From: an uncultured Acidobacteriota bacterium
Lineage (GTDB): Bacteria > Acidobacteriota > Thermoanaerobaculia > UBA5066 > Gp7-AA6
Direction: 5' to 3'
Length of the DNA: 64,000 nt
Assembly: GCA_963742245.1 (NCBI GenBank)
Contig: CAVULG010000004.1
Location: 279,493 to 343,492, forward strand
A program made the translations under genes and the position numbers. The notes beneath the pieces were generated by a model. It searched no databases. It was not told the DNA's origin and was given only the letters and a program-made list of their open reading frames with translations. Of this stretch, positions 40,100 to 50,761 are shown piece after piece; within the stretch, counting starts at the first letter, position 1, and each line of letters starts with the position of its first letter.

Positions 40100-41725
40100 C
40101 CGTTTTTCAGCCGGCGCATGAGGTCCGTGTTCCTCCCGAAGTGGTCGTGCAGCTCCAGCCAGTCCCGGTAGAGCGCGTCGTAGGCATCCGCGCGCGCGGG
40201 GTCCGGCGTCACGCGCTCGGGCCGCAACCGCGCCATCGCGCGCGCCGCCTCCGCGAACGAGGCGTGCCCGCCGCGCTCCGGCCCGGCCGCCACGGCGCCG
40301 AGCATGGCCGCGCCCAGGGCCGAGGCGTTGGCGGCCGCGGCGAGGCCGATGGGCCGTCGCGTCACGTCGGCATAGATCTGGAGAAGCAGGGGGCTGCGTT
40401 CGGCCAGTCCGCCGACCGCGATGAGCTCGGCGACCGGGATCCTCTCCTTCGCGAAGGCGTCGAGGATCCGCCGCGTCGAGAACGCGGTCGCCTCGATGAG
40501 CGCCCGGTAGATCTCTCCCGCCGTCGTCGCGAGCGTCATGCCGACGATCAGGCCCGACAGGTTCGCGTCGACGAGGACGGATCGGTTCCCGTTCCACCAG
40601 TCGAGCGCGAGGAGGCCGTTTCCGCCCGGCGGCGCCTTGGCCGCCTCGAGCTCGAGCGCGGCGAAGGCCGCGCCCTCCGAGCCGCCGACGAGCTTCGCGA
40701 ACCAGCCGAAGATGTCGCCGACGGCGGGCTGCCCCGCCTCGTAGCCCGAAAAGCCCTCGACGATTCCGTCACGGACGACGCCGCCGACACCCTCGACCTT
40801 CGCGTGCCGCGCGTCGAGGAGCATGTGGCAGGTGGACGTGCCCATCACCATGACCATCCGCCCCGCCTCGACGACCGTGGCCGCCGGGACCGCGCTGTGG
40901 GCGTCGATGATCGCGGCGGCCACCGCGGTGCCGGGCGCGAGCCCGAGCCGCGCGGCCATCGCATCCGTCAGTCCGCCGACGCGCCGGCCCGGCGGCACGA
41001 TCTCGCCCGCGAGCTTGCCCGGCAGATCCGCGAAGCGGGGATCGAGCGCGCCGAAGAACTCCTTCGACGGAAACCCGCGCTCGCGGCTCCAGAAGCCCTT
41101 GTAGCCCGCGCCGCAGGCGTTGCGCACGCGCGCGCCGGAGAGCTCGCCGACGATCCAGTCGCCGCCCTCGACGATCGATGCCGCCGCGGCGTAGACCTCG
41201 GGATCCTCGTCGAGAATCTGGAGCGCCTTCGCCGCGAGCCACTCCGAGGACGACTTGCCCCCGTAATCCGCCAGGAACGCCTCGCCCCGCCTTTCCGCGA
41301 GCGCGTTGATCCGGTCCGCCTGCGGTTGCGCCGCGTGGTGCTTCCAGAGCTTGACCCACGCGTGCGGGCGCGCCGCCCACTGCGGCGAAAGGCACAGCGG
41401 CCGTCCCGACGCGTCGACCGGCAGCACGGTGCACGCCGTGAAATCCACGCCGATGCCGACGATCGAGTCCTTCGAGACGCCGGCCGCGGCCATCGCCTGC
41501 GGCACCGCCTTCTCGATCGAAGCGACCCAGTCGCCGGGATGCTGGAGCGCCCAGTCGGCGCCGAGCCGGACGCCCGAGTCCGGCAGGGCCGAGTCGATGA
41601 CGCCGTGCGGATAGTCGACGACCGCCGACTCCCCGCTCCTTCCCGGTCCGCGTCTCCACGACGACGGCCCGCACGGAGGCCGTGCCGAAGTCGAGGCCGA
41701 GCGCGCAGGGGGCCGGCGCCGTCAC
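40036..41725 (-). pseudogene. araB: FGGY-family ribulokinase (AraB-like); one frameshift near 41630
   Basis: The N-terminus lies in 40769..41725 (MTAPAPCALGLDFGTASVRAVVV). The rest lies in 40036..41505 (GIGVDFTACT, GGKSSSEWLAAK, MVMGTSTCHM, EAGQPAVGDIFGWF, LDWWNGNRS). Confidence 0.8.
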
Positions 41726-41732
41726 GATCCGG

Positions 41733-43424
41733 TCACACCCGGTACTTCGCCGCCTGGTGCCGGTCGAGCGACTGCTCGGGATCGCCGCAGAGGTTGACCT
41801 GCACCCCGAGCGCGCGCGCCATCGAGGCCTTGCGCACGAGCGCGCGGTTGGCCGTCGCGGCGTCCGGCGCGTAGGCGACCTGGATGTGGTTGGCCATGTG
41901 CTTGGCCATCATCTGGTCGCGCGTGATGCCGTAGAGGACCGCGTGCATGATCGGCCACTGCGGGGTCGTCGCCTGCCAGCGGCGCTCGGTCTCGGCGTCC
42001 GAGAGCTTGACCACGCCGCCGCGCCCGATGTCCATGTGGAGCGCGTGGTTCTTGACGTAGATGCGCGAGAAGACGATCTCACCCGGCTTGCGAGACGCCC
42101 TTCAGCGTCGAGCCGCCCTTCGGGAAGTACATCGGCGGCTGCCGCTCGCCCTTCGCGCCCGCCGTAGCCGCCGATGAAGTGCGACGCGGGCGCGGCCCCC
42201 GAGATCTCGAAGACCCAGACGAACTCGTCGACGCCGTTCTCCTCGACCGGCGCGCCCCAGCGCACGTCGTGGAGCGTGGTCGAGGGATCGATCCCGAGAT
42301 CGCGTCCAGACGCGGTTCGTCAGCAGCGCGTCGACACCCGCGCACTCGTCGACCTCGTTGAAGTGCGGCACGGCGAGCCCGTCGAAGAGGGCCTTCCCGT
42401 CGGCGCCCGCGCACGGGCGGCCGGTCGGGGTTGTTGAGGAGGCCCTCGGCCAGGTCCGACGCGACGCAGATGTCCTTCAGGCCCTGCTGGTACTGGATGC
42501 CGATCGCCGCGCAGCCGAAATCGTGCGCCATCGTGCACGGCCGCGTCGTACATCTTCAGGCCCTCGAGCACCTGCCACTCGGTGAGCTCGGTCGCCTCGT
42601 CGCCGGCCGAGCGCGAACGTCATGCCCCGCGCTGCTTCAGCCAGTCGTAGTGGCGCCGCGCCGTCGCGTCGGGCACCTCGCCGCATCGCCGCGTAGAGCA
42701 TCGACTGCGAGAGCCGCTCCTTGAAGAGCCCCATCGCGTGCATGCAGGTCGTCGGGGATGATCGCGTTGTACATCCCCATGCAGCCCTCGTCGAAGACGC
42801 CCAGGATCGCCTGGTCGCGCTTGAGCGCTTCGCCGAGCGCTGTGGCCGCGCGCCCGGTCGCTCGGCGAAGTTGCCGGTCGAAGGTCCGGTCCTCGAGCGA
42901 CTGCGCGTGGCTCGTGTCGTGGGCGATGCGGCCCTCGCCGAGCCACTGGCGCAGCCGCCCCGCGCGCGAAGCCGTCCTCGAAGTCCTCGCTCCAGATCGA
43001 GCTGTAGGGGATCCCCGCCTTCGTCAGCGAGGCGTTGACGTTCAGCATCCCGACGAGCCCCGGCCACTGGCCGCTCCAGTTGGCGAGCGTGAGGATCGGG
43101 CCGCGGTGCTTCGTCAGGCCGGCGAGGATGTGGCTCGTGTACTCCCACACGGCCTCGGCCACGACGAGCGGCGCCTCGGGATCGATCTTGCGGAAGATCT
43201 GGATCCCCCGCGCCTGCCCGTCGATGAAGCCGTGCTTCTTCTCGGCGTCGTACGGCGTGGCCGCGCATGATGCGCGCGCCGAGCTCGCCGAACGCCTTGT
43301 CGACGGCCTTCTCGAGCGCCTGCTGCGCGGGCCAGCAGCGCTGGTTGGCGGCGAGGCGCGAGTCGCCGCTCGCGACGAGGACGACTTCTTTCGCGCCGGG
43401 CTTGGTTGAACTCGTCGTGCTCAT
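41733..43424 (-). pseudogene. L-fucose/L-arabinose isomerase (FucI-superfamily) protein; many frameshifts
   Basis: The start [28 protein letters not shown] (inside 42477..43631) is preceded by GGAGGAG. Other fragments: 42620..43162 ([28 protein letters not shown]), 42079..42531 ([12 protein letters not shown]) and 41733..42035. Confidence 0.65.
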
Positions 43425-45580
43425 GGGCGCTGACTTCTCCTCCGGAAAGACCGGCTTGTCCATGGGCGTGCCGCCGATGTAACGGGCCAGCCACTGCTGC
43501 ACTTCGTAGTTCCAGTAGATCGAGTTCTGCGGCGTCAGGACCCAGTGGTTCTCGTTGGGCAAGAGCACGAGCCGCGAGGGTACCTCATCGCCTGCAGCAC
43601 GCCGTAGAGCGCAGGCGTTGCCGTAGGGCACGCGGTAGTCGAGCTCGCCCGGCCGTGACCAGGAGCATCGGGGTCTTGAAGTCCTTCGCGTACGTCATCG
43701 GGTTGTTGCTTCTGCATAGCCTCGGCGTCCTGCCAGGCGGTTGCCTCCGACAGAGGTCTTCGTTGAACCAGTAGCTCGTCGTCGCCGCCGTACTCGGCGA
43801 TGAGGTCGTTGACGCCGGCGTGGTTGACGAGACAGCGGAAGCGGTCCGTGTGCCCGAGCAGCCAGGCGGCGAGGTAGCCGCCGTAGCTCGCGCCGGCGGC
43901 CGCGACCTTGGTGCCGTCGATCGGCGGGACGTCGCGGCGCGAGCGACGTCCGTCGCCGGCGAGCACGTCCTGCGTCGGCTTGTCGCCCCAGTGGCTGTCG
44001 ATCGAACGCCGAACGCCTCGCCGAAGCCGGTCGAGCCGTGCCGGTTGACCCGCGCGACGACGTAGCCCGGCGACGCGAAGACGTGCGGGTTCCAGCGGAC
44101 GAAGAAGTCGTCGCGGGCCATCGTGTGCGGGCCGCCGTGGAGGAGCTGGACGAGCGGGTACTTCTTCGCCGGGTCGAACCCCGGCGGATACGTCACCCAC
44201 ATCTGGATGCGGTCCCCGCCGGCCCCGCGGAACTCGCGCGACTCCGTCTTGCCCAGGTCGAGACGCCGCGAAGCAGCGCGTCGTTGAAACGCGTCAGCCG
44301 CCGGGGGGCCGTCTCGCGCCGCGTCGAGCGCGAAGAGCTCGCGCCGGGCGCGGTCGAAGTCCTCGTTGAGGAAGACGGTTGCTGCTGCTGCGGCGGCCGC
44401 GGTGACCGCCAGCCCGTGCTGACGTCCCCTCGGCGTAGATCCGCGAAAAGCCCTGAGCCGTCGGCGCGCCAGGCGAAAGAGCGCCGACGCTGCCGCGGTC
44501 CTCGGACGGACGAGGGTCAGTGTCCGGCCATCCGGAGAGAGAGACGTGATCGGCGAACGAGCGGTCGTAGGCGTCCGTCAGCGTCGACGTTCGATCCCGA
44601 AGCCAGGTCGACGCGCGGCGATGCGCCGGTTGTCCGTAGGTGCGCCGGCGCTTCGCGCAGGTAGAAGACGCGACCGCCCGTCAGGCGAGAAGCGCGGCCG
44701 GCCGTCGGCGAACGGATTCGACGGACGTCAGGTTCCTCATCGCGCCCGAGCCGTCGGCGGCGATGAGGTAGACGTCCATGTTCGGCTGCGTCGCGCGTAC
44801 GGGGGCGGCGTCGGCGTTGATCGCCATGGCGATCGACTTGCCGTCGGGCGAGACCTCGAATCCGGGCTCCATGACCGTCGCGAAGAGCCGTTTCCAGCCC
44901 GGCGTCAGGTCCGTCAGCGCTCCGGTCTCGACGTCCACCGCGACGAGCTTGTCGCCACGTCCTCGGCGAGGTTCTGTCCCAGAAGCGGTACTGGCGGTAC
45001 TCGGTGGCGCGCCGCGTCATCGGCGAGTCCTTGCGCCGCTTGACCTCCTTGCGCATCGCCTCGATGTCGCTCTTCGCGAGCGTGCCCGAGCCAGCGCCGG
45101 GATCACCTGGGTCAGCGCGGCGATCTGCCCGTTGGACAGCCATTCGGCGCCCTGAACGCCGTACGGCACGCTCGCCACCCGGCGCGCCTCGCCGCCGCCG
45201 ATCGGGATGACGTAGAGCGCGGCCGCGTCGTCGTCGCCGCGCCTGGAGACGAAGGCGATCCGCGTTCCCGTCGGGGCTCCAGGCCGGCGCGCCGTCGGTG
45301 CCTCCCTGCGTCAGCCGGCGCGGCTCGCCGCCTGCGACGTCCAGGAGCCAGAGGCTCGACGTGCTCTTGCTCTTCGGGATCGACCACTCCGTGACGGCGA
45401 AGACGGCCGTCTTGCCGTCCGGCGAGAGCGCCGGAGCGCCCACGCGCTGGAAGGCCCAGAGGTCCTGCGCCGTGATCGGGCGGCGGGGTTTTCCCGTCTG
45501 CCCCGCTGCCCGCGCCCCGTCTGCGCCGCCAGCGCGGCCGCCGTGAGCGCGAGAAGGAGACCGGCGAAAAGACGCTTCAT
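43421..45580 (-). pseudogene. S9-family prolyl oligopeptidase/dipeptidyl aminopeptidase with N-terminal TolB-like propeller; many frameshifts; stop uncertain
   Basis: The start MKRLFAGLLLALTAAALAAQ (45580) is preceded by GGAGGA. Fragment 44517..45443 (propeller, SPDG repeats), fragment 43585..44202 (YPLVQLLHGGPH), fragment 43535..44200 (GASYGG nucleophile elbow). The C-terminus HWVLTPQNSIYWNYEVQQWLARYIGG lies in 42477..43631. Confidence 0.75.
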
Positions 45581-45607
45581 GGCTCGTATCCTCCGGATGA
45601 TTGCGCC

Positions 45608-45615
45608 GGATTCTA
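45608..45615 (-). promoter_or_regulatory. -10-like octamer TAGAATCC upstream of the S9 peptidase gene
   Basis: Reverse complement of ggattcta, 29 nt before the ATG at 45580. Its TAG is the inferred stop of the DoxX gene. Confidence 0.35.
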
Positions 45616-46251
45616 TGACGCTGCCGCGAGCCGCGCGCCGGGCCGCTCGCGCAGAACGCCGGTCAGGACGATGGTCCCGAGGATCGCGAGCATGTGCAGG
45701 GCCTCCCACGAGTCGCTCCAGCGGATCGCCGTTCTGCGTATGGGTGAAGACCGCGCCCATCATGACGAGGGCGAGCCCGGAGGCCGCCACGAGGCGGACC
45801 GACGGCACGAGCAGCCCGATCGGCGCCGATCGTTTCCGCGGCGATGACCACGTAGAGGAACCCGCCGAGTAGCCCGAGGCGACGAAGAAGGCCCGCATCT
45901 CGTCGAGATCTGCAGGAGCTTCCCGACCTCGGTCGCGAGAAACCCGAGCGCCGTGGAGATGCACAGGCCCCGGATGAGGAAGGGCGAGGCCGCGAAGGCG
46001 AGGCTCGGAGATGCGCGGCTCGGCGGACCTCTCCCCCGCCCCGCCGCGGCCGCGAGGACGACGACCGACGAAGACGCCGGCGAGGAGGACCAGCCCGAAC
46101 CGGAAGATCGAGCGCCCGGAAGAACGTCGCGTACCCGCGATCGGAATCACACCCGCCGCCGAGAGCAGGGTCAACGCCAGCACGGCCACGCCGGCGGCGA
46201 CGCGAAGCCATAGAAGACGCGGGCGAGACGCTCGCCGGCGGCTGGGGTCAT
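45613..46251 (-). pseudogene. DoxX-family membrane protein; frameshifted
   Basis: The start MTPAAGERLARVFYG lies in the tail of 46171..46425. TM-rich segments lie in 45311..46528 (GRSIFRFGLVLLAGVFVG; LVAASGLALVMMGAVFTHTQ). The corrected C-terminus WEALHMLAILGTIVLTGVL lies in a third frame. Confidence 0.55.
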
Positions 46252-48270
46252 TTCCCTTCGATCTGGCGGATCGCCCGCTCGCGCCGCGAACGTCGGCGTC
46301 CGGTCGATCACGCCCGCCGACGTGAGCACCGGCTTCGCCGCGATCTGGCGGAGCACCGGCAGCGCCGCCTTCGCCGCCGGCCCGATCGCGCCGAGAGCCT
46401 CGGCGCACGCGCGCAGGACGTGCACGTTCGCATCCGGGCGCTCCGGCCGCCGCGACGAGGGCGGGCACCGCCGGCGCCGCCTTCGGTCCGATCGCCGCCA
46501 GCGCCTCGGCCGCCGCCATCCGCACCACCAGGTCGGAGTCTTTCAGCCGCGCGGCGAGCGCATCGACGGCGGGCGCCGCGCGTCGGCCCCATCCGCCCGA
46601 GCTCGCGCGCCGCGAGCCCGCGCACGACCGGATCGGGATCCGAGAGCGCCCGCGTGGCGCCGGCGAGGTCCGTCGGGACCACGGGCGCCTTGACGCTCGC
46701 GGCCTTCCCCCAGCCCGCGGCGCCGACCTGGGCGAGCACGATGTTGTCGACGCCGAGCACGTAGCCGGTCGATGCCGCGTTCTTGCCGAGACAGACGTAC
46801 GTCAGCGTGTGCCGGCCCTTCGTCAGGCGCGGCCAGCCCACCTGGTAGTCCATGCCCGACGTAGGTCTCGTACGCGTAGCCGTCGAACGAGAGCTGCCGG
46901 CCGCACGTCCGCGCCCGGCTCGTGCTCGAGGACCGGCGCGACCGGCGGCTTCCCGTCGAGGAGCACCGTGTAGATGCCGTAGTCCGAGCCCATCGCGACC
47001 TGGGTGTAGAGCTCGTAGTCGCCGGCCTCCGGGACCTCGAACGGGATCTCGAGCTTCGAGCCCGGGCCCTCGCCCTTGAAGATGACGACGTCCTTGGACC
47101 AGAAGAGGTCCGGGAAGACGCTCGCCTCACCCTTCTCCGCCTTGACGTCGTCGATCGCCTTCTCGACCTCCTACTGCACGGCGTTGCCCTGCGGCAGCCG
47201 CGCCGAGCCGTAAGGCACCGGCGGGAGCCCCGTCGCGACACCCTCCTGGTACCAGAACGCGACCGAGGACATCAGGTCGTCGCGCGTGCCGAAGGGCGAC
47301 TTGAGCGAGCCGTCGTTGTTGAACGTCCAGCCCAGGTGCTCGATGTCGAACCGGAAGGACTTCTTGAACGGAATCGGGTCCTTGACGTGCCAGCGGTAGC
47401 CGGTCATCCGGGAGCCGAGGCCCGTGCCGTCCGCCACCGTCACGCCGGTGTACGGCCCGTCGACGACGTGCAGCCCCCAGGCGTCGTTGAAGTAGTCCTC
47501 GGAGCCCGTCCCGATGATCGAGGGCTCGCTTCTCGCCGTCGACGTAGATGCGCTCGTCGCCTTCGCCGAACCAGCCGGCCTCGGGCTGGATGACGTTCAG
47601 GACCGTCCCGGCGTAGAAGCCCCGGCCCTTCACGTCGAGGAACGTGTAGACCTTCTTCTCCGCCGGCGCCGGCAGCTCCTGCTTGTAGCGCGCGTGGAAG
47701 TAGAGCGTGTCGGGCGGCAGCGCCGGGACCTTCGACCAGTCCACGTGGTAGTAGACGTGGTCGACGGGGCGGCGGCCCTCGTTGGTCAGCGTGATGCGGC
47801 AGGACTTCGCGAACGGCATCGGCCAGTAGCCGTTGCGCGCGCGGCCGTCGGAGCGTGTGCGGACCATCTCGGACTTGACCCACCGCTCGAACCCGTGGCC
47901 GACGGCGAAGAAGTCTCCCACCGGCGCGTCGACCGACGGCTCGGAGTTCCCGTCGTAGTACACGCGCAGCCGCATCAGGCGCGGCCACGCGTACTCGTTG
48001 GCGGCGATCGTCAGCCAGATGTGCGTCACGACGCCCGGGCCCTGAAGGTCCGCGAGCGATGATCGTCTCGCCCGGGATCGGGTGCTTGCTGTCGTTGTTG
48101 GAGGCCGGATCGGGCTCGACGAGGAGGACGCGCTCCGCCTTCGCGTCCTTCATCTGCGCGAAGCTGCAAGCGCCTCGAGCGGCGGGAGCGGGGCGGCGGT
48201 CTGCGCCAGGCGCGGAAACGAGGAGAGAGCGCGAGACCCAGAACGCCGGAGGCCAGAACCGGGACGTCAT
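46248..48270 (-). pseudogene. DUF2961 (GH172-type) domain protein continuing into a beta-sandwich-like module and HEAT repeats; frameshifts plus an in-frame TAG at 47171..47173
   Basis: Fragment 47440..48288 (start MTSRFW at 48270), fragment 47127..48029 (THIWLTIAANEYAWPRLMRLRVYYDG; YFHARY; GRGFYAGTVLNV; WFGEGDERIYVDGE), fragment 47171..47443, fragment 46308..46853 (GRHTLTYVCLGKNAASTGYVLGVDNIVL; DPDPVVRGLAARELG) and fragment 46171..46425 (HEAT-like). Confidence 0.65.
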
Positions 48271-48300
48271 CGAGTCCCCCTTCCGCAAAGCGAAACGGGG

Positions 48301-48308
48301 GGATTCTA
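48301..48308 (-). promoter_or_regulatory. -10-like octamer TAGAATCC upstream of the DUF2961 gene
   Basis: Reverse complement of ggattcta, 32 nt before the ATG at 48270, with GGAAGGGGGA in between. Its TAG is the inferred stop of the upstream hypothetical gene. Confidence 0.35.
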
Positions 48309-49875
48309 GCGGGGTCGGCGCGGCGGCGGATCGTCATATTTGACGAGCTCGGGCTTCGCCTTCGGTCGGGCTTCGGGCTCGCGGCGGCCGAAGGCTTCGG
48401 CGCATCGAACCGGCGAGCGGGACTTCTCGAACCACTGCCTCGCCGAGAATCGGCCGCAGGACCGCCGTGCCGGTCGTCGAGCTCCACGCCGATGACGAGG
48501 AGTCCCCGCTCTCGATCAGGAACGCGCCGCGGGAACGCGCGCCGCGCCGGTCGTACTCGCCCGCGATCTTGAACTTGCCGCCGGTGACCTCCAGCCCGCG
48601 AACGACCGTCCGCGGCTCGGAAAGGACCACGTCGGCCGATGCCGTGAGCCCTCGAGATCGATCAGGCCCATCGTCCACTTCGGAAGCCCGCCCCGAGGAC
48701 CGCGAGCGAGCGGGCCGTCCGTCCTGGCAACGCGAGTGCCACCTTCGCGGTCAGACCCTTTCCCAGGCGTCCGTCGGCAGGTCGAAATCGCCCCACCAGC
48801 CCCGCGTTCCGCGACCGCGAATCGGGCACGAAGACGTCCTTCAGCTTCAGCGAGCTGCCGCCGATGTCGGCGACCCGCCGTCGAGCGTGAAGCTCCGGAA
48901 AACTTCACCTTCGCCGCGGCGCTCCCGACGAGCGCAGCGGGGCCGGGCGTAACTTTGCCTGCTTCGCCGTGAGCCGACCTCGCCCGTGCCCTCGCCGTGG
49001 TCGAGCGCGACGGCGAGAGCGAACTGTCCCGGGGCCTCCCGCAGAAGGACCTGCGGGTCCGGGGTCGAGCGCGCCTTCGAGGAACTCGACGCCCTCCGGT
49101 CGGGCCGGCGAGCGTCGGCCTTCGCGGTAACGACCGCCACACGGCGTCGCCCTGGAGCGTCTGCACGTCCCACGAGTCGAACGTCGCCTCGAGCTTGCCC
49201 TTCGACCTCCGTGAGAACGGCGCCTCCCCGAGCTTCAGGCGGACCTCCGGCGAAGACCACCGAGGCCGGACCGATCTGCGCCCGGTGCCCGGGCTTCAGC
49301 TTGAACCGCCGTGCAGCGTCCTTGCCGCGGAAACGAAAGCCGTCGAACCAGATGTCGCTGAAAGCGTCGTCGCGATGTCGAGCAGGTGGATCGTGAACGG
49401 GTCGACGGCGGGGGCCGCGCGCGCCGCCTCGTCGCGCAGCGGCGGGTCGGAGAATCCCTCGATCGGCGGGAGCATCGCGACCTTCTTTTCGTCGACGCGG
49501 CCCTCCCGGAGCTTCTGGCGAAGGCGGAAACGGAGCGACGAGGGCCGAAGCTGCGTCACGCGAACGTCTTGTACAGGAGCGGCAGCAGCTCGTAGCGCAG
49601 GGTCGCCTGACGGGAACGTCACGAGCCACTGCACGTTCGGGTCGCTGCCGCGAATGCGGAGGTTCTTCACTGTCACGCGGCCGGGCCACGTCGACTACGC
49701 CTCGTCCCAATCGATCTGCAGACTCTCCGGGCGTCGCGTTGATCTCCGCGCGCAGCGCCGGCCCGGAGAGCATCCAGCGAGCGGCCACGACGGTAGTCGA
49801 CGAAGAAAAGGAGCGGGAGCGCCACCAGGACGCGAGCGCGATTGTCCAACCTCTCCGCTTGCCCGAGCGCGTCAC
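48306..49875 (-). pseudogene. Membrane-anchored hypothetical protein (weak AsmA-like impression only); many frameshifts
   Basis: Reconstructed across 48847..50061, 49296..49676, 48516..49166, 48334..48678 and 48026..48487. It has a GTG start overlapping the upstream stop, a basic N-terminus plus TM (LVALPLLFFVDY), then VTVKNLRIRGSDPNVQWLVTFPSG, FSDIWFDGFRFRGKDAARRFKLKPG, GLEVTGGKFKIAGEYD. It ends KPELVKYDDPPPRRPR. Confidence 0.4.
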
Positions 49876-50275
49876 CGGCGTTCTCCTTCTCCCTCGCCCT
49901 CGAGCTCGACGGATCGCGCGACGCGGATCCGCCACCCCTCGCCGTCGGGACGAAAACGTCCGTGAAGGCGCCCCGCGGGACACGATCCGCTGGCCTTCGC
50001 CGAGAGCGACCTCGGCGCGCTGCACGCCGTTGACGACTCCGAGACCTCCCACGACCTCCACGGAGAGCGCGTCGAATCCCGCGTCGAGGACGGTGTAGGT
50101 CGACGAGAGGATCGACTCGATGAACGCGGCGCGCTCGGTGCGCGCGCCCGCCGCGTCCAGGTGCGCGAACTCCGGGTCGAGCAGCTCTTCGAGCGTCGCT
50201 GCGTCGCGGCGGACGATCGCGGTCAGAAGACGTGTCGCTCACGCGAACGAGATCCTCGGGCCGCGCGGCGCTCAA
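49872..50275 (-). pseudogene. NTF2-like (DUF4440/SnoaL) protein; 1-2 frameshifts
   Basis: My own translation of the minus strand: the TTG start overlaps the upstream stop (TTGA). Sequence: SAARPEDLVRVSDT / LLTAIVRRDAATLEELLDPEFAHLDAAGARTERAAFIESILSS..VVNGVQRAEVAL / ..DVFVP..WRIRVARSVEL. Confidence 0.5.
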
Positions 50276-50745
50276 CGCGGGCGCCGGTTCGAATTGTCCA
50301 TGTCGGACATGATGAGCCAGCGGCCGGAGGCGTCTTTCTTGAGCGTGAGGGTGAACTTGCCGTCGTCGGGGGCTCCCGCCTCGTCGGCGTAGCCCCCGAT
50401 GACGTAGCCGACGTCGCCGGAAACCGCGAAGGCGAGCGCCCGGAGCGACAGCGATCCGCCCGCTCCGGCGTACGCCGCCGCGATCGCCGCGCGGCCGCGC
50501 ACCGGCGGCTTGTCGCGCATCAGGACGAACCCGTCCTCGGCGAAGAGCCGCGCGAGCGCCGCGGCGTCTTTCGCGCGCCACGCGGCCTCGTAGTCCGTCA
50601 GCACGCGCGCGAGCTCCGGAGGAAGCGTCACGCTCGGGAGAAACGGCGGCGCCGGGGCGCCGGCACCCTGCGCGGCGGTCATCGCGGCTGCCATCGAGGC
50701 CGCCAGAACCGTGGAGGCGAGGGCGAACCGGGCTTTCGTTCTCAT
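50272..50745 (-). CDS. Secreted NTF2-like (DUF4440/SnoaL) protein
   Basis: Intact 157-aa ORF with a signal peptide. It contains ELARVLTDYEAAWRAKDAAALARLFAEDGFVL..GRAAI and a C-terminal RWLIMSDMDN. Confidence 0.7.
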   Translation of the reverse strand: MRTKARFALASTVLAASMAAAMTAAQGAGAPAPPFLPSVTLPPELARVLTDYEAAWRAKDAAALARLFAEDGFVLMRDKPPVRGRAAIAAAYAGAGGSLSLRALAFAVSGDVGYVIGGYADEAGAPDDGKFTLTLKKDASGRWLIMSDMDNSNRRPR

Positions 50746-50761
50746 GGCAGCTCCCTTTTCG

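Noticed and set aside
42477-43631. A true bifunctional S9 peptidase-isomerase fusion protein.
   Set aside because: A strong SD and an ATG sit at the isomerase start, a +1-frame ATGA stop is available, and the site lies in a heavily frameshifted block.
16850-50275. Programmed ribosomal frameshifting, recoding or an alternative genetic code as the explanation for the split genes.
   Set aside because: There are dozens of switches in both directions with no common slippery motif, affecting unrelated genes in contiguous blocks. Intact neighbouring blocks use standard stops.
50281-50300. GGTTCGAAT, a tRNA T-loop-like string.
   Set aside because: The flanking bases do not form a T-stem or acceptor stem. 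It lies inside the 3' end of CDS 50272..50745.
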